The notes under the pieces: model-generated
Told to the model about the DNA's origin: nothing
Databases searched by the model: none
Seen by the model: only the letters and a program-made list of their open reading frames with translations
Position numbers and translations under genes: made by a program
Part shown: in pieces, positions 23,827-38,560 of the stretch
Layout: each line of letters opens with the position of its first letter
Position numbering within the stretch: the stretch's first letter is position 1
Source: Atractiella rhizophila
Lineage: Eukaryota
Direction of reading: 5' to 3'
DNA: 64,000 nucleotides
NCBI GenBank assembly: GCA_021432655.1
Contig: MU271216.1
Coordinates: forward strand, 62,001-126,000

Positions 23827-25824
23827 CGCCAATCCAAGTGTAGTGTGTCCAAAATCTCGTTGTCTGGCGGACGCAGCGCTGAAAGTGCTCGTTCCAAAGG
23901 GTGTGCGAGTTCGGAATATGCGAGTTGGGCCATTTAAATATTGACTGCAAAGAATATTGGATCAACCGATAAAACCTTGAGGAATTTTAAGGATCAAAAG
24001 GATGTCTCCATTCTGGGTCAAACTGCATTTACGCAAACGCAGCAACGATGATTCCCGAAGGGTCAAATAATCGATTTTGCGTTGATCAGCATCGAGCCGT
24101 TGGACGGATGGGTGGGCTAGGCTCTCTCAAGAAGAAGGTTAACGAGTGATATGATGTTCAAGAAAGAGTTTCGGGTGATGGGTGAATTGAACAGCGATTT
24201 CGAGAAATAAGTTGCACAAACGGTCATTCCTGAAACGGTCACTTCTGATGGATACGAGGCATTCTTCGGACATTTTCATGCATTCCCGATAGATACGAGG
24301 CATTCCTCGGACAATTTGATGGATGCTTGAACTTGAGTCCAAAAGACCTTTCTCATGAACAGGCTAGATGAAACTTATTCTCAGTAAATCCGTTGGATCG
24401 AATGGCGACATTGCACAACAGTCCCCTTCCGCCTCGTGTTTCGTATATCGATTTCCTTGATACGGCATGCATATCCCTAAAAAATGTGCGTTTGATAGCC
24501 TCAGACCAACTACTGTGGATGTGGCATGAGCCAACAAATGACGGTTTGTTTATCCAGCGTTCTCTGGCAGACACACATGCAACTCATTCAAAACGGTTAG
24601 AGTTAAAAGCCCTCTCCTACCTATTCTCGACCTTGCAGTCGGGTCGACTTCAACAATCACATTCATCACGGTATATTCGAATACCCACTTCTCAACCTCT
24701 CTTGTTATGTTGGGTAACGGTCACGGGATGGATGCGTCAGATGGTCACAGAACGGTCAAAAGAACGGTCAGCTCAGAAAAGTTCTTGACGTCAGGCTTCC
24801 ATAATGCGCAGGCGCACGCACCTCTACGATGCAGGTTGCGAATACAAGTTCCCAGTAGACGCGGATTTCAACTATCACTCTCCGCCTCCTACACTTCTGT
24901 GATGCCGAAACCGAGGCATGGACCGATGCCTCTTCGGAAAGAGGAGAGAGTGAAGATTAGGAGACCGAACCTTGTGGTGCCCGCAGATGTCGAGGTGGAG
25001 TATTCGAAGGAGAATATGAAGGCGGTCACCGGGCGGGACTTTTTGTTCTCGAAAGGGAAGAAAAGAGGAACAACCCTTCGCTTGGGAGTGACGTTGTGTG
25101 GAAAGGTAAACGAGCTACAGTGGATAGAGGAGAAGGACTCAGCCCAACCCGACTCCGTGGAGAAGGAGAATGGTAGTCGTTTATGGCATTCGTGACTCTA
25201 TCGCTCAGTAAGCAAGTCTCAAATGCTTGGGATCTAACCCGACCAACTACACTACATCCACATTGATTTCCGTCCTGATCCATACGGACACCATTAAACT
25301 TCTCTTTCGCACCCTCTTTGAAGACAAGCGTTCAGCTCGCCCCCAGTCTCGCGTAACCACTGGCCATGCCCCTGATGCCGCTTTGGCATACTGGCGGCAA
25401 AACTTGTCTGCCTCCCGGAGTACATCGAGTTTCACGCCAAATGAAGGAGCGTCGTCCTGCCTCCATCTAATCTTCTCTGTTTGTTATTCTACATTGGATG
25501 AAGTTGTTATGCAAGCATTAGTACCTTGTAATTGTTTTATTTGAAAAGACGTGCCTGGTTTGTTGGTTCCTTTCCAAACCCTTTACATTCGCAAGTTAAA
25601 TGCTATGGTGACGGTCACCTAGTCCCAAAACAATGTCTTAGCATGACTCATTGATGATAGTTGATGAATTTTGTTCCAAATTTTCCAGGCTTTTTTTTTC
25701 TAGTTCGAGTTGGAGAAGCTGTTCAAGTCACATAAGAAAGAAAGTTGTGATGCACAATTTTGCAAGAATATATTAGTCCAATCAAATTGTGAAGGAAGAA
25801 TATGTTTGTAATAACTATGTCTCT

Positions 25825-28400
25825 CTAAACATCATGTCGAGCTGCCCGTGCCTCTGGAACCCTGCGATGGGAAGAGTATTGCTTCATTTGATATTCAGCA
25901 TCAATAGCACTCTTCCCTTCCTTGTAAGCTTGAATCCATCGGTGGCTCCGATGCTCAAACTTCCGTATTGTTGACAACGGCACTGAGCGCATTCCCTCTG
26001 GAACTGTCTTCTTCAACCCTTCAAAGGTATAACCACAATTTTCTGCTCCCTTGAGTCAGCTAGAAACTGAAAGGAGATGAATGTAGCTAACCCCTGATAT
26101 ATCGTTTCATTGCTCCCCAGAAGAATTCAATGAAATTCAGTTCACAGTGAAACTTCGGTAAGAAAATTGCCCGATGTCCCTTCTGCTCAAGGATCTCCTG
26201 TACAAGCGGCTGTTGCTCCTGAAAATCAGGCTGAGCAGCAAGCCATCTCTCTGATGCAACAGTAAGCAAAAGCACAGAGAAAAATGGATATAGCCACCTG
26301 CACAACACATGTGATCATCACGATGTCGGTAACCTTTTTGCACTTTCCTCGCAGGCTGGGGAGCCAAAGGTTTCTCTCCTGGAGGACCACCTTCATTCCC
26401 TTTGGTGTTCCATCTTCATATACCATCTGTTGAGTATGTCTCTCCCCCATCACATCCACCCACCAGCCATTCCTCAGTTTTGCTTGTGCACCTCCTGCCG
26501 AAAGATCAGTGATTCCTGATATCTGCAGATCCTCCAGTGGATGAAGCACATACCAGGTCCGACATTCATATGCTTGGTATTAAGAGCATCTTTTGCAAGG
26601 GCTGCATGCCCAGTTGAGTTATCAAACATTACAAGAGCCTGGTCTCCTGGATGCAATCGTTCAAAAAAAGGAATGAACTTCTTCTCAACCTGTGTATCCG
26701 ATGGATACCACTAATCATCAATAAGGACAATCAACAGCAAGGAAGACAGACCTGTTCAGCAAGTTTCTCTGCATTCCAGTATCCTTCATGATTCTTCCCA
26801 TACTCTAACTGCTCACCTGCTTCCTCAAGCCATCCTTTCGTGGAGCAGATGAAGTCTGACCGGTGCAAACCACGGCCCTGCCCCTTCTTCCGAATTTTGG
26901 ATTGTCCATCCAGCACCCATGAGAAGTGCTTGCCATCATGTGCGTTACAGGTGGATGCATCGTGAGAGACGAGGACAACTCGGTGTGTATCTGGAGGAAG
27001 GTCCTTGATGACCTCCTTCATTACATTACCAACTTCATACTGGCGTAGTTGTGGAAGGTATCTTTCAAAGGTAGGGATAAAGATGTCCTGCCGATACTTG
27101 ACAACATCTGGTCTTTCATGACCACTGGAAGACATCAGCTAAGCTGTACACAGAGTAAGAGCTTACTCAAAGTAGGACCCTTCTTGTAATATGTCCACTG
27201 AAATCCCTCTTTCTTCAGCCATCTCCTGGCCATCCTCAATGATATCCCTTTTGGCCCTGGCTTGAATCGAATACGAGGAAAGAGCTCCACTTCAAGGTAC
27301 TCTTTCAATCCTTTCGGTATCTCTTCACGTATTGTTTGCTTTGCATACTTCTCAAGTGCAAGTGGGACCATCGTGTTGACGTGGAATCCAGCAAGTTTTG
27401 TTGGGTCCATCGACCACTTTTTGGTTCGGAGCCAGGTACGAAGAATGGCACAGATTTCTGGGTCATTCAGTAGGGTATACGTTTTTATATGTCTCCCTGC
27501 ATACATCACGTCAGTCTTTATCAACTGTCAAGAAGACAAACTGACCTCTGTTTGACACTGGCAGCTCACCTGTCTCCTCAAAATGAGAAGCCCATAAACG
27601 AATACATCGTGCACCGTAAGTGAGTCCAAATCGATGTGACGCTGCCGCAAGCTGCGATGCCTCCAGCTTCCCCCTTGTACCCAGCTTTAACAGATTATAA
27701 TATGTTTCCAGTGCCCGTACCCTCCGTCCTTGAAGGTGTGTCACGAATGTATTCTGCTGCAGAAGTTGCTCAATCTGAGCGGCCTTCGCCACATAATCAT
27801 TGAGCTTCTCCCTCTTTTGCTGAGCACTCTCTTCCTTCGTGAGGCGTATCCGCTTTAGTGCGGGTGATACAACAGGGGACACTTCTTCGTCTGATCTCTT
27901 TGGAGGTCTGACAGGACGTGAAATTGCCAGTGAGTGTGATGTTGGAGTCTGAGAAAATGGAAAGGGTTGTGAGGAAGAGTTCGGCATGGAGGGTATGGTG
28001 GAAGAGTGTAGTGGAGTTGTGAGGGAGTTGACAGGAGAGGCGGCCAGTGAGATGTAAGGAGAGAGGTCTTCTTCTTCTTCATCCTTGTCATCAGTCAGCA
28101 CGTTGATTACATCGTCATGTGTTGTGTAAAGTGAGGATAGCTGTGACAAAGGTGGCTCTCGAAGAGGTTTGAACATGTTATCAATTCGCTCACAGCCACT
28201 AAAAGCGGGAGTTAACACAGAAGACAGATGTTTTAAAGACTTACCGTTGTCTTGCGTCATTGTACTTGTTTCTACGCCACACTGAAGTCCGTGCTTTTGA
28301 CGTTGCTCCATCACCATATCCTTGGGTCCTTGACTTGCCCTGCCGCTTCTCTCCCTCAGCCCAAGCATTCACATCTAGCGCCCAGCTCATAAGGTCGTCG
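25825..28400 (-). mobile_element. IS630/Tc1/mariner-superfamily transposase with long D-E spacing (Sagan-like fungal type), intron-containing
   Basis: GHERPDVVKYRQ, VLVSHDAS, YGKNHEGYW, ALVMFDNSTGH, GTPKGMKVVLQER, FLPKFHCELNFIEFFWGAMKRY, YSSHRR. The subfamily name is tentative. Confidence 0.8.
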
Positions 28401-29113
28401 TAGACTGATCCCGGGAGGTCATCCTTAGCTTGCAGCAGCAGGGCTCGTCGTTCTCTACTGTCTGGCGCCTCCTCCTCTCGCTGTCTATCTCAATCTCCCC
28501 ATCATCGGTCTCTTCCTCTTCCTCCTCCTCACTATCCGACTGGCCTGAGCCACTAACATCGTTGTAGTAGGGATCTGGAGACCGTTTCTCAGTGTTCATG
28601 ATTGTGCCTTCATCTTCCATGGAAGATGAGAGGCCATCTTCCTCATTACGCTTGGTTTTGGTAGATAAAGTTGGCAAAGAAGTTTGTTGGACATCATATG
28701 AAGGCAAATCTCTATCCATGCGGCGTAAAGACAGTCAGAAGACCAATGGAAATGTGCTGATGAAGGAACGTACACAGAAGTTCTGACATGGGGGTTGTGG
28801 GTCTCTCCTTCATTGATACCCTCATCTTCTGACCATCTGGAGTGCACCATGATGCATCCAATGCAAGGGGGGAGGCGACTTACTCTGTATTGGCAGCAAA
28901 TCTGGTGGCTGTGGTTTTCTTGCGAGCCTCACGCAGAGCTGCATACCTGGCTTCCTTAACATGGGTAGGTCGGCCACATCTTTTCCTTCTCTTCTTCTCC
29001 ATAACAGCTGGCAGCCTAGTTAGGTTAAGTCGAGAAAAATGGACATGACACCCTTTGCACGGGCGGACGAGGTCACCTGACTTACGTAATGAGTCACTAA
29101 CGCACGGTGAGTC

Positions 29114-29227
29114 ACATACAGTCACACGGACAATGGGTCACCTGACATACAGTTGCACGTACAATGGGGTCACCTGACATACAGTTGCACGTACAATGGG
29201 TCACCTGACATACAATGGCACGTACAA
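29114..29227 (+). repeat. Tandem repeat, unit about 31-32 bp (caatgggtcacctgacatacagttgcacgta), about 3 copies; likely subterminal to the adjacent transposon
   Basis: Units start near 29131, 29162 and 29194, with a partial copy upstream. Confidence 0.85.
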
Positions 29228-30133
29228 GAGCACTTGTTCCAAATCTCATGGTGCAAAAAATATTGCTCCTCAGGAAGAAGAGTTTCCAAAAAGTTGTCTG
29301 TAGGTTTTAATCTAAGGGTTCTTTAGAGCATATTTCACAGACAGATAGTCCCCAGGACCAAACTGAGGGAGCAATTTTAAGGTTTGGCAGGCTAGTTGCA
29401 ATTAGGCGACCAACACTATAAGTTTATCTACAAACTGCAATTGATTCGGTGTCGCAATGCTCGCTAGTTCAATTACCTGTAATTCTAAGTCTTCACAGCA
29501 CTTAAGGGTAAATATATAAACAAGCTATGGAGTTCACGTTTCATCCGATCTCTTGTTCCAGTCGCTCAGTCGACCGATGGTGCCTTCCCGCTTCTTCCCG
29601 ATTGCAAGAGCCATGTTACCTCCTGTAAGGATGTCGTTCGATCAAAGTGGAACCAACTGCTTCGTCGCGTCAGTTCTAAATAACACTCTGGTGATGGGCG
29701 GTATTGTCAAGCCCAGGAAGGTTTTGACGATACCGTCCATCACAAAGAGTAGGCCATCCCGTCTGCCGACTGAATGAATGCGAACACCGAGTGTCAGGAT
29801 GCCAATGTACGGGCCAGCGCTCGCAATCTACTCTTGAGCTCAACAGGCTGTCTGCATCTTGTCCTGCTCAATTCTTCCACCCAAAACACACTACCAATTT
29901 CACTCGCCTCTCTTCCTCGCTAACAGGTGCCTCAATGGTGGAAACAGCCAAGTGACTTGAGGCGAGTATCCTAACCACTCTGACAAATATGGATGTGGAT
30001 GAAGACGAAGACTACAAAGTGCTGGGGAAGAGGTGGACCAGTGACCATGTGGATATCTTCACATCTTTGTCAATTATAGACAGACGACTGGGTGGAATGG
30101 CTGTCCATTGTGGGGTTCTGTTAAAACAATCAA

Positions 30134-30330
30134 GTGCACTCTTCAACTGGACAGACTCCTTTCAGACTCAATACCGGTCAAGACCCACAGATGAACCTTG
30201 TGGACAGACCTCCTACTCTCAATGAATCAGCTGATGATTTAAGGATGAAGAAGTCAAATGAAGAAGCACGGGTGGCTTTGGAGAAAGCTATTCAGGATAT
30301 GGCAAAACATTATGATCATCTTCACAAGAG
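30134..30330 (+). mobile_element. Ty3/gypsy integrase C-terminal remnant
   Basis: HSSTGQTPFRLNTGQDP...EARVALEKAIQDMAKHYD resembles the post-integrase segment of gypsy pol. Confidence 0.6.
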
Positions 30331-31589
30331 TATCCTTCCATCACATCAGCATATGAAAAGGAAGAAATGCTGAAACATCTACTGTGTGCCAAAGCATAAC
30401 ATTCGAGCGGATCTGCGTTCTTTGCTTTAGGAAGTAAGTGGAAGGGTGGAGGCAAAGATGTGTGAATGTAACATGTCAGGTTGCATACTGCAAGGACAAT
30501 GCTAAGCAGAAATCCTGAGTATGTATGAAGGCAATGAGTGGGGCAGTCATGAACCAGAGGGATGACATCAGACAGTAGGTGATGGACGGAGAAAACAACG
30601 CAGACAAACCACTATGCTGTGATCTGGCAGGCTTCAGTGATAAGATCTGCCTTTCTCAGTGCAGGAGACAAAGGGGAAGGAGATACACTGACAATGTATA
30701 CAAGACAACGCCACAAATAAATCATTCAGACCATATAAGTTTTGACACACTTTTCAGCCACAGTTAATATGATCGCGAGGTTCCCTCAACACTAATGGTT
30801 GGGGATGACACTAGCAGTCCTGCACACCCTGGTCCATTGGCATCTTGACCGACAGTGGGCATCTGAGAAGGTTCGTACCAATTAACTTCCAGGTGGAGAG
30901 AACCACAGTAACTTCCAGTTAACCTCGTCAGAGATGCGTCGGTGCCAGTTGCCACCGTTTCGTCAGAAGTTAGTCCTTGCGCTGAATGTAAGCATATGAA
31001 AATCAGCTTCGTAATCATTTCAGTCTTCGGGGCGATAGAGATGACGATATCGCATACAAGAGTGCGGGTGCCGCTCAGCTTGTCGCGTATAACAGGTAAA
31101 GGTAGAGGAGACAGGATCTCTCGTGTTTATCTCCTTGCAAGACGGACAACCTCAGATTCGGGGGCAGGACAGATCCATTCATTGACAGAGTTCTTCTGAG
31201 GGGAGCGCAATGCCTAGTCACGGTAAGCGGTCATCAGGATCGAACAGGCAAGGATCTTGATTCTGTGGACACCGCACGTATCTCCACTCGTCTCTCTCTG
31301 TTCTGTCCTCTCTCTCCCCCAACGCTCTAGCGTCACCATGTCTCCTTCCCTTTTACATATTCCATACCAGCATTTACATTGTCTTTCACTCTGCGTTCCT
31401 TTGCTTTTCACTCTCCAAATCCCTCCAAATTTAGAATCGACCGATTCCAATGCTCTTTTCGTTTGTCTCTGATAAAATTTTTCCAATCCGCGGCCTTGAT
31501 TCAGGATCCACTGATGTCAGCCGAGCTGCAAGACACAAAAGATTGTGGCGGAGTGGAAGGAACGGACTAAAGAAACGAGAAATAATCAA

Positions 31590-33700
31590 ACCAACGGCCT
31601 ATAGATCAGCAGGTATCGGATAGAATCCCAGTTCCACTCCGTCTTCTGTTCCAAGTTCAGGGGCAGCCCTTGATCGCATCCCTCAGTACCCTTTGAAGAC
31701 GATCCCGTCGTCGATTTGGCGAGACAGGCCAAAATTGATGATCTTAAGGACGTCCCAGATGGCGACAAGGTTTGTTGGGTTTGAGATTGAGGTGGACAAA
31801 TCCACGACTACGCATGAATCCCACGCCGTCGACAAGTAGTTCCGCCAAAGATATCGCCAGGTGTCATTCAGACCCAAGGATGGTAGAGGTGTCCCATGAG
31901 GGAGAACAAGCAGCGATTCACGAATGTTTATCACGTGATTTTTCACATGCCGGCTAGAAGCTGGTGTATCCAAGCGAGCTTCCCAAGGACTACATGCTCG
32001 TTTAATCATCACATGAGCGCCGTCTAGTACAGTGGCTGCCGCCACAGACGGAGTTGAGATCTGGTGTCAGGCATCGGAGCGGGACTAGAAGACACACATC
32101 TTCCCATGGAACCCAAGAGCTTTGCAAATTGGGATATCGGCCGGACTTACCAAAGTCTAGAAGGAACAATTGCAATTGTGGAACCACGAGCAGGCCGCCA
32201 TCATTTTCTTCGATTCCATCGCTTTCATGAGTAGTTTTGCGTTTCTTATTCGACGTGCCCGTGAATGACGGGAGCATGACTGAAATTCTTCAAACTGTCT
32301 TTGGTTTTGCTCGCCTTTTCCCTGAGCTCACTGTTATTCGAATCTATCACATCTGAGCAGTTGTATAGCTCAAGCAGAAACTGGAACGCTTTGTTGTTAT
32401 TATAGAATGTCATAATAATTATTCCGCTTTCAGAGCCTTTATATACTTGTGGATACAATGTTCTAGAATCTTCAAGAAACGTAAGATAAGAAAAAAGCGA
32501 GAACTTGTGGCAAAAAGGAATGTTCTAGAATTGGCACTCAAGTGAGATGGCAGGATGAATCATAAACGACAACACGCTTCTTCACCCACACCCAGATCAA
32601 AACGGAAAACGGTTCTCTGGGTACTTAACGGTTTTCTGCAAAACATCAGAATGGGCTACAGACAAGCCGCGAATTTACTCACAGAGTCTGCATCAACGCG
32701 CAATAAGCATTGTTCAGCTTCCATTGCGTTGGTGATGTAGTAGTACGTGATGAGAAAATTGGGATTTGAGGCGTCCCTTCCCATCGCACGATTCACCACC
32801 ATGACGACAGCTCCAGCTTGCAGCAACATCCGCCAACGATCCTCTCCCGACACTTTTGATTGTACTTAGACGAGGACTTGGGGGATCCCATGCCGTTGAA
32901 TTTGAAAGTCACTGCAAGGTTGATACTTGTATTGTCTCATAGGGACGACTGGCGATTCAGAAGAGGCTGGAATTTCAGCAGTATAAGGATAGAGATGAAT
33001 TCACCACTTTCTATTACTGAACAATTGGCTATATCAGCGAAATCAGCCAATGGCAAGAAGCAGACGCGATGAAGTCGGACAATTGGTCAGATCCATACTG
33101 GCGGCGAGTGAGTTCTCTCGCGACAGGCATCATGTATGTCCAGTTGGAATATGGTTCCTTGTTGTCTGAAAATCTCCCCAAAAATGGATGTGCAGTAGTA
33201 ACTTCATGATACTGATGAAGTTCCGCCTCTGTTGCTATTTGACCTTGAGTCGCAGGCCCGCATAGGAAGAAATAATTTTGAAGTGACGTTCCGATTGCGC
33301 GAGTAACGGTGTCAGGCATTTTAGGGAGCTGGAATAGTTGCCCTAATGTGTGCTTCACTCGGTGGAAAGTGTTCACGATGTCGGGAGTCATGGACAGGGA
33401 GGACGTTGTTTGCTTCGAGGAGCATGTGAGGCTCGAATGACCCAGCCTTGAGCGTCATTATGCGTGAGAGAGATTGATACTCATTGAGATTACCATGAGC
33501 TTGCCAGACTAACAAACAAATCAGAGAGAAAAGTGATGGAATGACCGCAGGTGACGTGCGAGACGTTGGGTGCTGTACTAGGAGAGGTGAATCGCGCAAC
33601 TGGACCACAATATAGAGATGTCCATCTGGAGCGGCCTCTCTGTGATAAAACCCTAGCACATCCTCAGACAATCCCTCGAAGCATCCCGAGAGAAAAGTAG
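31590..33700 (-). pseudogene. Decayed paralog of the Crinkler-nuclease-kinase gene at 44413-46862
   Basis: APDGHLYIVVQL, GSFEPHMLLEAN, TLGQLFQLP...AIGTSLQNYF, NWTYMMPVARELTRRQYG, EDRWRMLLQAG, AFQFLLELYNC, PSFTGTSNKKRKT, NLVAIWDVLKIINFGLSR are collinear with the intact copy. Has stops, shifts and kinase deletions. Confidence 0.88.
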
Positions 33701-36700
33701 TGGCGTTTTTGACGCATCCTCTTCATTTTTCTTCGCACCTCTTGCAACGAGAGCAGATGTGCTCCTTCTTGTTTAATTCTTCCTGCATTTGTTCCTTCTC
33801 CAACTTTAAATTGTGGATCGCCAACTTAAGGCCTTCATTTTGTCCGTGGAGCTCCTGCACTTCTGCACTCGCCAAAATGCTCTAGAGTTGGCCATCATGT
33901 TTGGACGGAGGCTGCTAACGAGCCGTCAGGTTTTTCACCCAGACTTTTTTCTTCAAAAGAGACTTGGTAGCGCTTATTCGATTTTTGCGGCCTCTTTCTT
34001 CCGGTGTTTCTGTGAGCTTAAGAGGAAGCTTTTTCGGTCGGTACGTGATGGGAGTGGTTGGATGTGGGACCTTGATCAAACAAGTCAATCCGAGAGAGGA
34101 TGGTATTGGAAGCGACTTGCTAGTTGAGCGTGAAAGCTTTGCTCTTCGGGAGAACCATCGAATTCAGGGGATTCGTCTCCTTCATTTGAACTCGCGGCAA
34201 TTTCTTCGGACGACACTCCCGCCGTCCAGCTGTGCTGTCCTTTACCTTCGCCCCAGGCCCTATCTTGAACATTCCGCGCAGGTGACGTGTTGACATCTTG
34301 TCCGGGAAGAGGGAGGTGTGGAGTGAAAGCAGTCAGCGACGCATCGATCCGATTTATGATTTTGGGATCAGGATTGTAGAAATGAGCGGGAGGCATGTTC
34401 TGCAGCTCGATCTCTTTCAGTTTGGGAACATTATAACTTTTCTCTTGGGGTTTGCTCGGTCGGCTTGTCTTGACCCACATAATAGATGGGCGGACGGTCA
34501 TTAGCCAATTGTGGTCTCCCATTCAACGCTTGTTGTTGGGTCGACATTTCCAATAACTGACTGTGAAATGCGAATTGTCGAGGGATTGGATTGCCTCACA
34601 GGGGACGTGAGAATGAAATGGTGGAATGAAGGAGGGCGACCAAGTGTTCAGAACACTAGTCGTGCCTTCAGCTTAACATGAACGAAGTAGAAGAGAAAGA
34701 GAGGATTGTTGCGCGAAAGAGCCCCGAATCAGGTAGCGCTTTAGCGTATCCGTTTGAGATGGGGAACCCTGGATCCAGGGGCTAACCAGCAACCAGGACA
34801 GTGTTACTACGCTTCCAGAAGAAAGAAGCCCTTTTTGGACTTTGGCAAGATTAAGCGAAGCAAAGCAGATGGAGACTGAATGCTGCGACGACGCTCTTTG
34901 AATAGATGCATGAAAATATCCCACAGATTGGATCTGAGGTCCAGGGTTTTAACAAGATAAGTGCCGTCTGCTTGACCTTCATCATCCAATGTGAGATCCT
35001 TGTACCCGACCAGAAAGGCGGGAGTCAGTTTCGTTTCGCAAAGGCTTCGCGCCTGCTCACAAGCCTCCCGCATGTGTAGTTCAGAACATCCGAGTTATGA
35101 GGTTAGGAGACTGCGTACCGCATTTCTTTTTTCCTAATTGTATCCAGCAACACATCCTCTGCAACCCGTCCGAGGTGCTCCACCTCCTTGCGATACATGA
35201 AATCTGGCTGCTCATGAACGAAATTGTCGCAGAGATTTATAAGGAAATCGTCATTGTTCAGATATTTTTGAAGGACGCAAAGAGTAGCATGCTCATTTCA
35301 ACTTGAAGTGAATAAGTGGGCATGAGTGAGACTCCATCGACACCATTGAATAAGTGTCATGGGGATGCTGTAGTAATTGAAGACTTTGAGTCTCCAGCTG
35401 TCAGTGCAAAGCAACGGCACTCACAAGGTGTGTTTCATTCCTGAAAAAGAGTGGCAAAGCTGTTTGAGCTGACCGTACTGCAAACAGCTGGAGACTCTGC
35501 GCCGGTTACCCGAAAACCTCAGAAGAAAAGAAGACTGCTGCTCAGAAGGCAGTGAGGAGCAGAAAATGTCGACACTGTGTCCATTGATGTTTTTTAAAGA
35601 CTCACCATTTCTGATTTCTAGCAAAGTATGCATGAAGAGCCTGCAATCGGATGTATGGAAGCACTTCTCCCACCGCTTCATTGTTCAAGAAGAAGTGGAT
35701 GGTTCTACCGTCCCGGTCTATCGTCATGTCTGTGCCTAGGAAGGTGATCATTACATTTGACCGTCCTTGCGATAAACTGAGAATCTAACAAACGGTGTGA
35801 TAGCGGCAGGAAAAGCTTGCGAGGCAATACCGAGCAAGCAACAAGTTGAATGAGTGTGGCTTTGGATATGGACAGTTAGATGGGATGGTGGGACATATGC
35901 CAAAGGAAGGCATTCCAATCCTTCCCTATTTTCCCAAACGTCTTCGCTTTTGAGTTGCACTGCTTTGTGCAAGAAGGAAACATCCTTTCTTGATGGTCGA
36001 GGATTACGACCTAAGAGTTATCTTCAACATGCCCAAGCCGGATGTCAAGATGCCGAATACAATGGAAGTCTCAGGAGATGTTTGGACAGTTTGTGACGCC
36101 GCCTCCAAGATTGTGAAAGAAGAGTTAGGGTATGTTGCTTTACATCTTAATTTCGTATTGACTGGTCTCTGCAGAAAGGGGACCATGTGAATGGGTTTCT
36201 AACAGCCGAGCCTTCCTTCTTCGTGGAGAGACCAACTTCTACCAGCATGCCACTTTGGACGTCGAGCAGTTTGAAGCACCACTGGTGCCCTTTTGGTGGG
36301 GGTGAAATTCTGTTGGAGATGTGGAAAATGTTAGTGATACTTTCTTCATGAACATTCTGGAAATTTCTATTTGCCACAGCTCTCATGTATATAAACACCT
36401 GTTCTTGTGTTGCTGCTGCTCATGCGTTTGCAAGAGCTCAGCTAAATGTAATACGTTTGTTTGAGGTTAACAAAGCAGCAGAGAAAAACAACAAATTCAT
36501 TTGGATGCTTGGAGGAAAGGCCATGTAGTCGGTGTCGCATTCCTTGATGCCAATGGGTCCAGTCATCCATAAGAGACTCGTTTCGAACCTTCGATTCGAT
36601 TTGCTCTTCTTGGACATGATCTCATGCTTGTTCTGGTGGACAAGAAGTGGGAAACAAAGTCTTCAGTTTTGGGGCACAAATTGGTGTGTTGTGTGAACAT

Positions 36701-37399
36701 GCATATCGTATCACAATTAATATCACAATCACAAAACAACATAATACTCTGATTGTAAAATGTTTTCTGTCAGCTGAATTGTCCCTGATTTCATCTCTTC
36801 CTCGTGGATTTCGTTCATGAGCTGTTTTGGTTTGGCACAAATCCATCTGGCGGAAGCCATCTGATCAAAACAAGTCGATACCCAATGATACTTTTGTACC
36901 AAATCAGCGCGGCCCCGTAGGTTGGAGGACATACGTCTTGTGGGTTCTGAGCTTCCAATCCTGCGAAAACCAAACATCGAGGGAAAATATGCAACGGATC
37001 CACTCCGCATTGAGCGATTCTCGAAGCAGTCGTAATGATGTTTGAGCTATAATGGTTGGCGGGTCGAATGTGGATAAGTCGGCTAAGAGAAATGACAAGG
37101 GAATTGAAAAAGACAGATTGATGGAGAAGGTCAAGCAGCTCCGGAGTGAGGGTGAGGGTGAGCACTGCGGCATTGGTAACACCACAGAACTGCTGCAATT
37201 AATCATGACCTTTATCCAGTTCCCTCTTCGACAAAATGAGAGCTTGAAGGATCGCCTCGCCTCTTTGGATTATCATGTCAACTTGCTGCACTGGAGCGAG
37301 GGAGCTGTGAAGGGACTGCAGCTCATGGTCAAGCATTGATGCTTGAGCAGCAAAGGGATAAAGGCTACATCACTGCTGTCGTACCCACGTTGGGGGACG

Positions 37400-38560
37400 G
37401 AAAGAAATGCTCACTGCAACCACTCCACATATGCATTCGGAACAGTTGCCACGAAACTGTCCCCAATGGAAGGTTCAAAGGTGGATTGTAACAGCCAATA
37501 AGCGAACTTTGGCTCCTTAGCTCCAAAAGATGAGGAGCTAAGGCAAAGATGAGTAAGGATGATTGCACAGGATTGTGTAGTTGGAGTCAAAGTAGCGAAG
37601 GTGTGGTTAGTCGAGGCCAGTACATCTTGCGACATGTCGAAGACCAAGTTCATCGCTTGAGAAGTCGTCCCGTTGCTGATCTCCCATAAAGCGTATGTAA
37701 CTAAGGTGGGGAGGATGAGGTCAACACTGAATGAGACAGCTGAGCTGTCCCAAGGATATCTTAGGAGTGTTAAGGATCTCTGGTGCTTGTATTAGGGGCA
37801 AATAAGGAGGTCAGGTCCGTTTGTCCCTCTGCTGAGATGAAGTGCAGTGTGAGCCATGAGCCCTACTCTTAACTTCAACCATGGAACAAAGACTTCTATG
37901 ACGCACACCATCATAAAGAGGAGCGCAGAAGAGGGACGCTCCGAACAATGACAGGAAAAAGTTCGGCTGGTGAGGGTCTATGGCTTTGGATGTTGGCACA
38001 AGAACATCCAGGAAGTATCGTATGAGGTTGGCATCTTGAGCTGACAACTGGACGGGATATTCTCCAGGGAACACAGCTCTTTGCTTGTGATCTTCCGTCG
38101 TAGATTGACGTAATGACGAAGAAGGTTCTGGTGAGCTGCCTGGTTGGCGCAGAATAGGCCGTTCTGACATTAGTGCAGGAGGTGTAGGTAACCAATGGAA
38201 ATCAGTTGGGGGACTTTGAGGTCCTCTTGCTTGGGGGGACTCGACGAAGACGCCGGGGATGAGGAGAGATTATGGTCTTGCGGCAGAAGAGTTGCGACGA
38301 CCGCTTGAGAAGCCGAAGGCCAAGATAACTTTGTAGGATGCACAGGGGACAGCTATCCTGGTCAGTAGTGTCTTGAAGTGCAAGCGCAAGGATCTTCTGA
38401 TAGACACAGTTGAGGGTCGTCCGCAGTTTGCGTATCCAGGCTTCTCTTCGCCACATTTCACACCCCGTTGTATGCAAATCAAGCAACCTGAAGGACACAC
38501 AAAAGTCAGCATTTCCATCAAGTACTGATTGCGACTCGAAACCCACCTTTCTTGCTGCGA
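37400..38560 (-). pseudogene. Degenerate Zn(II)2Cys6 fungal transcription factor
   Basis: GCLICIQRGVKCGEEKPGYANC, with the fourth Cys changed to Tyr, followed by a Ser/Pro linker and DANLIRYFLDVLVP (fungal TF middle-region type). Confidence 0.6.

Noticed and set aside
24251..24320. Short duplication gatacgaggcattc(t/c)tcggaca
   Set aside because: Two copies only; ordinary slippage with no further structure.
29114..29227. CRISPR-like array
   Set aside because: Head-to-tail tandem units with no unique spacers, no cas genes, and a eukaryotic context.
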